This document shows positions 29,797 to 42,100 of a stretch of 64,000 nt of DNA, piece by piece (positions within the stretch are counted from its first letter, which is position 1; every line of letters starts with the position of its first letter). The notes under the pieces were generated by a model. It made no database searches, was not told the DNA's origin, and saw only the letters and a list, made by a program, of their open reading frames with translations. Made by a program: the position numbers and the translations under genes. Origin of the DNA: the human T2T-CHM13v2.0 reference genome, Homo sapiens. The stretch is taken from NCBI RefSeq assembly GCF_009914755.1, contig NC_060929.1, one strand, 5' to 3'.

Positions 29797-32115
29797 CTAC
29801 AGAAGTGCCCTGCTAACAGCCTGTAAGAAAAGCAGCAGGCATCACTGGGGATTCAGAATCTCAAGGTTCTTCCAGTCAAGACAATCTGGAAAGAGATTAT
29901 TTTATTAACCACACCCCCAAAGTTGGCCCTGTTAGCAAGTGTAATAGGACTTTTTTCAGTTTCATAAAATATCTTGATAACTGGAAAGTGCCAGTTAATG
30001 GTACCCTGTTCCAACTATGAATTTCCCAAAGATTAATATACCCCTTTAGGTTTCTTAAGATTCCATCAGGACGCCTCCCCTAGTCTTGGGTGTTTTACAA
30101 TCTCAGTGGGCACGAAGCTCAACTGAAACTACCTTTCAACAGCTTAACTGTCATCTTCATCTTCTTCTGGCATAAAAATACATATTTTCCCATAATAAAG
30201 ATTTTTTATAATAGCAATAAAGTAACTCCAGAGAACATGGTTGTCTTGAGATAGCTTAACTCTGTCTGGTGTCTCATAACGCCCCGGGGATACAGCAGGC
30301 CCATAATACTCCCTTTTGCTGCCGTGTCTTTGCTTAATTAAGGAATAAAGCCAAAAGGTCAATGCTGGAGAAAAATGTAAATCTTCAAAACTTTTCATTC
30401 TTGACCTAAACTCTGTGTTGTAAAACCTCAGTAATCTCTGTAACAAGCAGTACACCACCCAGCACAGATACCAGAATATGCATTACATCTTTAAAATATG
30501 GTTTTGACACTATGAAAACAAATTCCTGACCTCTGGACTTGGAATTATGATTCTGACTTTTTAGAGAGAGACCTTCACAAACCATCCACTGATCCCCAGT
30601 GAATGGAAAGCACTATAGCAGAAGCCATCTCCTTCATCAAACATGATTTGTCACTGTATTTCAGAGCATCACTGTGTTGACTCTTATACAGCTAGAAAGT
30701 GAGAAAGTGAGGTTTGTGTGTTTTTGTGGGGAGGAAAAATGAATATGTATATTCATCTCTATGGCTTATTTGTTATTCCATTGCTGCTGTGAGTGCAAAA
30801 TATGATTTCAGCTCCAATCGTTTTATGAGTTCACTGATTATGTTCCATCATAATGAGCAAGGTGGTTTGGACATTGGTTTAGTTTACAGGAGCTGCAATC
30901 ATTTGCTATGGAGATTTACAGCCTATAATATAGGCACCATACTCAAAATGGATATTTCTGACCAATGATACTCATTTTAAATAGGAGCTATTCAATCTCT
31001 AAACTGATTTGTTAGAGCTGATGCAATGAAATAATAAATATTACTTGCTTTCAAGAAATAGAACCTTCTTACCACATTCATGGCTGTGCTAATTGAAGGA
31101 AAAGTGTTATTCCATTATGGAACTAATTAAATGTCATCTGCTTCTCTCTCAGATTAATAAATGGACAGACAGATGCTACGTTGATCAATTAATGTTGTGA
31201 TAGATCAATCAATTGATTTGGACCTAGATAATATGTATTTATGGAAGACAGAGAATGATTTATTTATTTTTTTCTAGCAAATAAGAGAATCCAAATGTGA
31301 CTTTATTCTATAAATGGGAACAGATGATGAGCAAAGAGTTGCCATTGTAGTCTTGCTGTGAAAAAGAAAATTCATCCTTCTTCTTTTGCTTACATATTCA
31401 GCAGACATTATGGCTCAATAAAAATGGGGTGTTTAAATATTTGATAAACATGGGTAGAGCAATGCATTGCTAAAACTGCTAGAGTAGCCTGGCAGATTCT
31501 CATGGAAACATAAATTTGCCTGCATACAAATGGAACTGTTTGGTAATTCTGCCTTTAAAATTACCCCTCTCTCTCCTCTCTCTCACATTTTTCTTTTCAA
31601 CTGTTATTTGATAGGGCTTGGGCTTTCACTGGATAGGATTTAAACTGTGCAAACTGTCAGCTTTGCTAACCACATTAAATGGACCTCGCACTAGTGCCTA
31701 GACATTTGCAGGCTTCTCTTCGCTATCATCCAGCAGAAGCAACCAGAGAGGGTTCTCAAGCTCTATTGATTTTACATCATTGACACACTTCTTACATCAA
31801 TCTGAAAGTCAAGCACAGTAAACTTATCACCAAATATGGAAGACTCTTCAGGTTGGTCTATACCCATCTTCTGCAGTAAAAACTGACTCTGCCATGCCCC
31901 AGCGGGGAGGCTGGCCCTGGCAGTAGGTTATGGGAGTCCCTTTTATCAACATGGTGTTTCAGCTGGGCAGATAGAAGTGGCATCTGGTGGACAGAGGGAT
32001 GCCAAAGAGGGAGGTGCATGGCTGACCATGAGGATTGCCAAATGCCAGCATTTTATCTTGTTGGTTTCTGGATCTCAAGGATAGAATATAGAAAAACCCA
32101 AAAAAAGGTACAATT

Positions 32116-32164
32116 TCTCTCTCTCTCTCTCCCTCTCTGAGTGTGTGTGTGTGTGTGTGTGTGT
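32116..32164. repeat. Compound (CT)n(GT)n microsatellite
   Basis: Directly visible. Confidence 0.9.
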
Positions 32165-32336
32165 AATTTTTAACAATTGTTGAGCATGGCCTCCCCTTCA
32201 TGATACTGTAAGCCTGTTTGCTTCTAAAATCCATAAGCCACAAATGAAGCCATGGGATTTATAAAGGAAAATGAGTGACATGCTTGGCCAATGATCAATG
32301 GCTTTTAGTAAAATTTGATGAAGAGTAGGATTATTA

Positions 32337-32655
<319 letters not shown>

Positions 32656-33148
32656 TAGGATTATAGCAAGGATCATGGAATGTGGAATTCACTCAGCAAA
32701 CATAGAGACTGTTGGAGAGGTTTGTGTTTAGGGAGTTGTCAAATAGATAAATATACTCTCTGAGTACCTGCTAGATGCCATGCATGGAACAAACCCTACA
32801 AATAAGCAGCAGCAATTGTGCTGAATTATGATTATGAGAATAGAAAATGCTCTGTCTAGACCAAGGTGTCTCAAAGTTTGGGGCACTCGAACAGCAGCTT
32901 TATGCCCACAGCAGCTACCTAGGGCCCATCATTCAGACTGAGTTAGGTTGGCAGGAGTAGGGAGGGAGGTAACGGTGAGACAGAAAGGAAGGTGGGAAAG
33001 GAGGGGCGAGGTCAGAATCACGCAGTTTTAAAAAGGCATCTCAGATACTGAGTCTAAGGATGCTGGTCTATGCCATCAGTCCTCATGTTAAATGAGAGCA
33101 AGACTGTCCCTTGAGATCTGTGTTCCAATTTTATTTTGTTCTCTAGTG

Positions 33149-33487
33149 CAGTGGTCCCCAACTTTTTTGGCATAAGCAACCAGTTTTGTGGAAGACAGTT
33201 TTTCCATGGATGTTGTTGGAGGGGATGGTTTCAGGATGAAACTGTTTCACCTTAGATCATCAGGTATCAGATTCTCACAAGGAGCACACAACCTAGAGCC
33301 CACACATATGCAGTTCATAATAGGGTTTGAGCTCCTATGAGAATCTAATGCCACCACCGATCTGACAGGAGGTGGAGCTCAGGCGGTAATTCTTGCTACC
33401 CTGCCGCTCACCTCCTGCTGTGCCGCCCGGTTCCTAATGGTCCTGCAGACCAGTACCAGTCTGTGGCATGGGGGCTGGGGACCTTTG
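33149..33487 (+). mobile_element. MER1B (hAT-Charlie non-autonomous DNA transposon)
   Basis: TIRs cagtggtccccaac...gctggggacctttg; 8-bp TSD ctctagtg/ccctagtg. Confidence 0.88.
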
Positions 33488-33493
33488 CCCTAG

Positions 33494-33996
33494 TGCATCC
33501 GTTTCCTATGGCCACTGTAACAAATTACCACAAATTTAGTAGCTTAAAACAAGACACAGTTATTACTGGACAGTTTTAGAGGTCAGAAGTCTGAAATCAG
33601 TATCACTGGGCTGAAGTTGAGGTGTTGGCAGGGTCATCCTCTAAGGGAGAATCTGTTCCCTGCCTTTCCCAGCTTTTAGAGCTGCGTTCCTTGCATTGCT
33701 TGGCTCATGGCCCCTTCCTTCACCTTCAGGGCACCAGCGCAGCATCTCCTCTCTCCAACGGTGCTTCCCTCTGCTCCTGCCACACAGCCTTCTCCTCTTC
33801 TGTGTCAGAGCTCCCTCTGCCTTGCTTGTGATTGCATTGAGGGCCCACTGGTCTAACCCAAGATCATCCCCTCATCTCAAAACCCTTAATTTAATCACAT
33901 CTGCAAAGTGTCTTCTACCATCCAAGGTAATAGTCTGTCATAGGTTCCAGGGATTAGGACATTGATACCTTTGGGAGCCTTATTCAGCCTATCACA
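33494..33996 (-). mobile_element. MLT1 (C/D-like) MaLR LTR
   Basis: ctgtaacaaattaccacaaatttagtagcttaaaacaa...ggtcagaagtctgaaatcag...cttaatttaatcacatctgcaaag. Confidence 0.82.
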
Positions 33997-34029
33997 CCAA
34001 GTGGTGGTGTCTTTCTTAAAGTCACATTT

Positions 34030-34770
34030 ATAAAGTCAGGTGTAACTAACACAATAAAATTCACTCCCTTAAAGTATACAGTGTACAGTTTGATGAGTTT
34101 TGACAAAAGTACACAGTTGTGTAACAGTTATCACAATCAAGAAACAGAACATTTCCATCACCCGAAAAAGTTTCCTTCTGTCTCTGTGTAGTGATCTGTC
34201 TCTTGCCCCAGTAATTTTGCCTTTTCCAGAATGTCATATAAATATAATCCTATGTATCCAGTTTTGTGTGTCTGGCTTTTTTCACTTAGCATGATGTTTT
34301 TGAGATTTATCCATGTAGCCATGTGTCATTCATTCCTTTTTGTTGCTGAATGATATTCCATTGAATGGAATTGTGTATTTATTCACCAGTTAACAATATT
34401 TGGGTTGTTTCCTGTTGGGAACAATTTTAAGAACCTGCTAAGCTGTTTTCCAAAGTAGCTGTATGATTTTGCATTCTTACTAGCAGAGACTTTCTTTTTA
34501 ATTTCAGCAACCCTTATGGGTGTGTACTGAGATCTCATGGTAGTTTTAATTTGTGTTTCCCTGATACCCAATGGTTTCGAACATCCTTTCATGTGCTAAT
34601 TAGCTATTTGTTTATCTTCTTTGGTGAAGTGTCGTTTCAATTTTTTTTTTAACCTGTTTTTAATTGGCTTGTTGGTCTTATAAATTGTCAAAGTTTTTTT
34701 ATACATTCTAGATTCAAGTTCTTTATCAGATATATGCTATGCAAATATTTCCCCTCACTTGTAGCTTTCA
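34030..34770 (-). mobile_element. Old L1M fragment
   Basis: Antisense L1 3' motifs (cagaacatttccatcaccc, ttttcacttagcatgatgtttttgagatttatccatgt). Confidence 0.78.
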
Positions 34771-34870
34771 ACTTAATATCATTTTTTAAGTTGGCAATTA
34801 GGGTTCACAAAACCTGAAGTGGACTCATAATACAAAACTTTAGAGATGAAAGTGTTTTAAAAGTAAAACT

Positions 34871-35252
34871 ATACATACATCATAGAATGCTATGTAGCCA
34901 TAGAAAAGAATGAAATCATGTCCTTTACAGGAACATGGATGAAGTTGGAGGCCATTATTCTTAGCAAACTAACGCAGGGACAGAAAAACAAATACCGCAT
35001 GTTCTCACTTATAAGTGGGAACTAAATGATGAGCACACATGGATACACAGAGGGGAACAATATACAGTGTGGGGCCTATGGGAGGGTGAAGGGTGGGAGG
35101 AGGAAGAGGGTCAGGAAAAATAACTACTGGGTACTAGGCTTAATACCTGGGTGACAAAATAATCTGTACAACAAACCCCCATGACACAAGTTTACCTCTA
35201 TAACAAACCTGCACATGTACCCCTGAATGTAAAATAAAAGTTAAAAAAAAAA
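34871..35252 (+). mobile_element. 5'-truncated L1PA (old primate, ~PA13-16) 3' end
   Basis: gaaatcatgtcctttacaggaacatggatg...atgttctcacttataagtggga...aataaaag-polyA; TSD-like taaaacta. Confidence 0.9.
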
Positions 35253-37666
35253 CTAAAACTAAATTAACATGCATACATTTTTAGACTCTAATCTTGATCT
35301 TAAAGTTAGTTGCCTGAAAATGAAGTCATCTGGATCCCAGACTCCCGCTTTTTATTTTCCAGCTATATGACTGAAAAATTCCATTTCTTAAGCTGTAATT
35401 TTCATGGGGCCCAAAACAGCATTTGTTATTCTCTCAACATTTGGCTCTACAGCAGTTGTAAAATGCTAATCACGGTGCTGAGCTGACATTCCTCGGTGAC
35501 ATTGGCATACCACAAAAAAGCATTTGGCAGGATCTGGATCTATACATACTGAAGTTGTTTATTTATTTTTATTTAAGAAACAGACAAGTTAATTTCACCT
35601 CCATTTAGGACACAGAAAAGAGTCAATGTTTGCCAAGTCGAAAAACACAAAATTGATAAAGGGAAAAAAAACGCATTTTCAAGCCTCTAAAATGGAATTA
35701 GAAACAGGAGAGTGGGGGAAAATGTTATACATATGGCTAGAGTATCCCTCTTAAAATTGCCTCAGGCTTCTCCTTGAAAATCTTGTTTCTTGAAAGTTCC
35801 CTACCAGAAGATTCTGTCCCATGCTAAGAATAGAATGCAACTTCAAAATAGCTGGCTGGCATTTTCAATGACTGGGCACTGTTTTTAAAACATTCTGTGA
35901 CTTGAGAGTTGGGGTGAAAATACTGAAAATTGGAATGTACAATTTACTTCCTACTAGAAATACATCTTTGTCTGAAAAAGCTTTTACAGCCTTATTTTAA
36001 CACCCTGAACCTCAACAGCCTGTCTTCTGGGGGGTTGGGGGGAGAAACGTGGAAGTAATGTTCTGAAAGCCAGACCCCTCATCTCTTGGGTGAGGGCGCT
36101 CCAATCAGGAGGAGGGGTAGATTCCTGTTGTCCTATTTTGGTGCAAGAGCAGGGACAACCAGAGAAGACCCTTCCCTCGGACACTTGCCCCAACATTGTT
36201 GCAAGGGTGCACAGAGAGAAATGTTATCAAACCATCTAATTCTGCCCTCCTGTCAGCCTGACAGGGACTTCGAATGCACAACTGGCCCAGAGCTGATTAC
36301 CTTCAGGTGCGGTTAGGTTGAGTTAAAAATTCCATTAGCAGTGCACAGGCCTTGGGAACAAGGTTTCTCAGGGGTGGGCTTCTTCTACTTAACAAGGAAG
36401 AAATGGCTTCTCATGTCACAGTTATCGCAGGGAGAGGACTCTGGTTTGTTTACACTCTGCGGAGGAGTAGAGCCTCAGCTCTGCAGGCCTGGAGGCAGAG
36501 GCCAGCACAAGCCAGAGTGGGAGCACACTTTTCAGAGAGGAGACGGTGCCCCCAGCCATCGCGCCAGCGGGAAAGGCAGGGCCCCCTTAAGCGCAACCTT
36601 GAGCCACTCCCATGAATCACCCACCCCCGGTTCTCAACCTAATTGTTTTTCATTTTCTCATAATAACCCTCCTCCCTCACCCTAAACCAAACACTGAAGA
36701 GTTGCCCTCTATTTGCGAAGCTCCAAGGCGTGCGGGAGAGGCAAGTGCTGTTTGCTACTCCCTGCCTTGCTTTTAATTTTATTCTAGTAGGAAATCATTT
36801 AGACCATCAAAGTCCCATCCTCCTTCTTTGAGGCTTTTGGGCTTGAATAGCTCATAGAAGTACTTCCCTCAGCCTCAATATTTTAATGCATGCTTGATTG
36901 CAATGGTTTTAAAAAGAAAAGGAAAAAGAGGGGGACAAGCAAACAGGCAAATTCGGGACAAAACCAGGCATTTGAAAAGATCCTTTAGGTTGAGCTGTTT
37001 TTTCACTCAGGCAGCTTCTCGTATTGCTGATATTGTTTCATGATCAGGGCTTGCATTCTCTGTTTCCCTCCTCATCTGCACACTTAAACTGTTCATTAGC
37101 TGAGAATGGGACATCCTGGGAAAGGGAGAAACAAACAAAGCAGCCCGGGGAGCTGGGAGAACAGCTCTTTCTCCTGGGTTGTTGCCCTGGGCTTTCCTAG
37201 GAGCCCTGGCCAGTTCCCCTGGGGTCCCGCAACAGTTTAAACAGAGTCCTTAGCAGCTAGGGGCAGCAGGGGGCATGCGGGTGGTGGTGGGGGCAGGAGG
37301 ATGGAGATGGAGGGAGAGAACTGGAACCCCATGCAGGCTCTGAGCAAACACCCTCTTGTAGCTTCCCACTGACCTCATAGCCTGGCATTCAGGGGGCTCC
37401 ATTGATCTGTCAGATATTGGCATGATGGTTTGTGCACTTAGCACAAACATCGATCAAAATGTGGCTGAGGAGCTATGACCAGTTCAAAGCTATGGTGTGC
37501 CCAGGTACAAGGACCCAGAACCACTCATATCACATGGCCTCAAGAGAGGTCCAGAAACACCTTTTGAAAAGGCCACGGGGGACCCCATCATGGGGGCCTT
37601 TAGTGCTTGTGACTTCAAAAAAGTCACCATACACAGAACTACCTTCTGGGCTGTTCCCGGATTGGC

Positions 37667-38003
37667 ACTTTTTTTTTTTTTTTTTTTTTTTTGAGACAGG
37701 GTCCCACTCTGTCACCCAAGCTGGAGTGCAGTGATGCAATCATGGCTCACTGCAGCCTTGACCTCCCGGTCTCAAGTGATCCTTCTGCCCCAGACTCCAG
37801 ATTAGCTGGGACCACAGGCATCTGCCACTATGCCAGGCTTTTTTTGTTTTTTGTTTTTTTGTGTGTTTTTTAGAGATGGCATTGCACATGTTGCCCAGGT
37901 ATGTGTTGCCCAGGCTGGTCTGGAACTCCCAGCCTCAAGCCATCCGTCCACCTCAGCCTCCCAAACTGTTGGAATTACAGATGTGAGCCAGGGTGCCGGG
38001 CCC
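37667..38003 (-). mobile_element. AluJ
   Basis: Antisense Alu with a small internal duplication (tgttgcccagg x2). Confidence 0.92.
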
Positions 38004-38808
38004 GGATTGACACTTATTGGTGTGTCTTGTTCCCCCACTGAGATGTGAGCCCCTTGAGGTCAGGGGCCTTGCATCACTGTCGCTGCATATCTAGGCTAGA
38101 ACACACCTGTCTTGGGAAGGTGTTCAGTGCCTGCCGCAAGGAAGATAAGCTGGCAGTGGAACAGGAGGAGGAGACCCTCATGGTGCAGCTGCAGGTGGAA
38201 ACATGGTTTTAAGAGAACACTGAGCCACCTGCTGGTGTCCACACAAAGCTCTGCTCCCACTGACCCCTCAAAGAACAAAGGACAAGAGAGGCTCCTCCAG
38301 GTCTGAGAGGGCAAGGGGCCAGCAGGTCAGGGTGTGGGAGTCAGCTGAGTCTGGCTGACTTGCCTTCAGGTCTATTTCCGGCCCTCCAGACGGCCTCCGG
38401 GGGCATCATGGAAGATGCTGAGGATGATTTCTCGGCCCTCTCCCTCTGTTATTTGGCCCCAACCACTGCAGGTCCTGCCTTGGGGTTTAGGCATTTGGTA
38501 CGTTTTAATCTATGGCTATCAGCAGGGTCACTACGTTTTCAGGTGGAAATATATACTGATGATTACCATGGATATTGCCAACAAGGCGGACCACCCTCTC
38601 AGTCAGAAGATTCTTCAGGAAACTTCAGGAAAGACAGCACCGTGGACAGGAGGAAGAAACCCTCCTCTGCTGCCACAGCCCTGGGTATCCAGTGGTGCGA
38701 GTCTCTGCCATGGCCCATGGCTTCCTGTGCTGGGGTCCAGACACCTGCCTGAAGGAGATGTGGGGCATGAAGATTATTTTTTTATTATCTTCTTAAATAT
38801 GTGGCTGT

Positions 38809-39109
38809 GGGCCAGGCACGGTGGCTCATGCCTATAATGCCAGCACTCTGGGAGGCCGAGGCGGGTGGATCACAAGGTCAGGAGTTTGAGACCAGCCTGG
38901 CCAACATAGTGAAACCCTGTCTCTACTAAAACAAACAAACAAACAAAATTAACTGGGTGTGGTGGCAGGTGCCTATAATCCCAGCTACTCGGGAGGCTGA
39001 GGCAGGAGAATCGCTTGAACTTGGAGGGGCAGAGGTTGCAGTAAGCTGAGATCAGGCCATTGCGCTCCAGCCAGGGCCACACTTCGAGACTCTGTCTCAG
39101 AAAAAAAAA
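38809..39109 (+). mobile_element. AluS
   Basis: Dimeric Alu. Confidence 0.93.
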
Positions 39110-42100
39110 TGGGGCTGTCTCTCCCATTCCTGGCATGAAAGGTACCTACTTTCTGTGGGCTCACCTCCCTGTGTTCGATCCTTTCAGCCAGTTCCTCTCA
39201 TGCTCTGGGCGCCTTCTCTCCTCCCCACATCTGTTTACATCACAGCTCCCCAGCCCCACCTCCACCCCAAGGAGTGACCAGACTACAAACGCTCTTGCCA
39301 GCCAGGGCGGTCCTCTTGGCTGCCAAAGCTCTGTGCAATTGCAGTCACAGACAATCAGATTAAATGTCCTATCACCCGGCATTGATCAGATTAGCAACCT
39401 TGTGACTATTCATTAATTGTATTTTCTCTTGGAGCCTGGTTCAACTCAATACCCAGTGCATTGTTGGTGGCATAAAAAGTAAACACAAATAGGATGTTTG
39501 TTACATTTTAGAATAAACTGTCTGCTACTTTTTCAAAACAAAGTAGAAGAGGATAGAGAGGTTAATGCAATGTTAATTTTCGTGAGGCAATATAGTTAAA
39601 CTAGGAGATTTCCCAAGAGTCATTAACATTCTGTAAAAGGCCTTTTAGAATTCCTGTGTCCTCAGCGCTTCAGGAAACCCCCTGCTACCTTGGTAAATTT
39701 GGCCTAGGTCCCCCAGGGCCCACCTTTTTTGTGTGGTAGAAGTCACAGAGGGCAGGCCCAAACTCTTGAAGTGAAGGGGAAAAGAAATCAGGGTGTTTAT
39801 GTATGTGACTGGAGAAGTCTCACGTACGATTGTCCCGGATTTAAACATATAGGAAGAGGACGAAGGCTACCAAGGGTGTTTCCCTGCCTCAGACGCCCAA
39901 AGCCCAGAGACCCAGCCCCGCTCCCTGGGTGCACGCAGAGCCCCACCGAAGGATGCTGGCGTCCCGTGGGAGAGGGATGCCGTGGGAGGACCTGCTTCGC
40001 CCTGATTTCCACACATCTCTCTGCTGTCCCACCTGACCACAAGAAGAACCCGAGGCCCCGGGCGGTCAGGAGACTCAGTGGCTGTCACTCACTGGGCAGT
40101 AAAGCCAGTAAATCACCCACCTTCCGGCAACGTTGCCAGAACCCACCTGATGTCTTGAGGGTCACAAATGCGAGCGCCCTCCTGTTTGCTCCATTTCAGG
40201 ATTCATGGCATTCCAGTGAGAAGAAATCTAGAAGAGAAGCTGCTAAATAATTATCCAGAAACATTCCCCGACAGCAAAATCTATTAATGAGTGGGAAAGT
40301 CTTTGTGGGGAAATGGTTAAGAATGGCATCATCTGACATGATTAAAATGCTATTAAATAAAGAACTTGGGAAACCGGGGAGACGCTTGAAAAGGCCGATA
40401 AACGGGGCAGCCTCACATGCGTTCCCCCGTACAGACCTTTCATGAGAACATTTCCGTTTTTCTTATCTAACATTCATCCTTTCCTCAGTTTCTAAGTGGA
40501 GAATACCCACTCCTTGGATTTTTTTAAATATAAAATAATGTCCATAATTTAATGTTTAATGAGCTCCAGGCATGGTACTGGGCACTTTATCTGTCTGAAT
40601 TTTAGGTGCCCTCTTCATTTCATACTGTCCCTGCAGGGCTGGGAGAGAGAGCAGAGGAATTTCTTGTAAGTTCTCAGGAGCCAGGCAGATCTTGGGCCAT
40701 GCCCAGCCGCCCTCTCCGGCTGTCTGACTCTGAGCAAGGTGGTAGCTTCTCCAGGTAGCAGTTCCCTCATCTGTAAAATGCAGATGAAGACAGCCTCTCT
40801 CAAATCTGGCTGTGGTGAGGATAGAAGAAGAAAATGTACTTTAAAAAGGATTAGCCTAAGGCCAAGTATAGGATGCCCTTCATTATGGAAGATAGCATTA
40901 AAAAATAATTTTAATTAGTGTGAATCTATTCTCCCATTTTGGTATTTTCCATATAACTTTGTTTATCATTTACTTCTTATTGCCTGTGAATCTCACAGGA
41001 GCACAAATCCCCTCCAAAGCAGATTTAATTGGGGCTAAAAAGGCAGGAATCCTATGAAAAAGAAATCTCTGTGGCCATGTGAAGGAGTAAACATTTCACT
41101 GATAGGTGCCAATGTTTGTTATTCTGTGAAAATCTGCTTAATTTATAAGCAACAGTGATACTCCCAATAGGTTAAGTTGAATTCACCCTTGAGAAATTTT
41201 AATTTCAGTGTCACTATTGTTATAATCTGGGGGTCTTCCAAGATAGACATATCAGTAGAAAAACAGTGACTCATCTGAGAAACTCAGGGCTATATATATA
41301 TATACACATATATATATATTTGCATTTTTCATATGTACTTTCCAACTTCCTTCCTTTCCTCAGTATTTAAGTGTAGAATACCCACTCCTTGGATTTTTTA
41401 AACTATAAAATAATACATACGTACGTATATATGTACACACATGCACAGATATATTCTGCTTTATATAGTTTAGCATTAAAATGTATTTGAGTAATACCTA
41501 AGACCATGTCTATTTAATTTTAACCAGTGGGTTATGGGAATCATCAAAAATCAAACACAATAAAAAGAAACAATATTTATGGCATTTTAAAGCCTATCCA
41601 TTATTGGTTAGTGCTCCCCTCAATTGTTTAACTGCAATTGGTTCCACTTTCTCAGTGTGGATGATTTTTATACATCTGAGTTAAAAAATAATGCTGCTTG
41701 CAAGTGAAAAGTTAAAGACCAAGACAGGGCCTATTAGAATAACATTACACTTTTTTATTCCCTGCACTTACTTTGTCAATTACTAATTATTTCCCTTTTG
41801 CTATGCAACAAAATAGAAGCCATAAAATCTTTGATTTAATGAAAACTTCCTACCAAATAGGTCCTCTAACTCTGCTGAAGGCTTATAGGTAATTTATCTA
41901 CCTCAGTAGGCAATGACCTTTTGTGAATCATGAGTCATTCCTCACTCCTGATGAGAGGGATCCAGATGCCATCCCACCCTCTGCCTGGCCCCTCCTTCCT
42001 CCATCCAACAGAGGCTGTGCGGCTCCTGTGCCCTGCCTCCGACTTCTCCAAAGTGGGCTGTAATTAGTCCTTGCACAGGGAACCTGCCAGGGAGTGGATC

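Noticed and set aside
38360-38837. Overlapping 130/140-aa ORFs with an exon-like segment
   Set aside because: No protein similarity recognised, weak splice sites and one ORF runs into an Alu.
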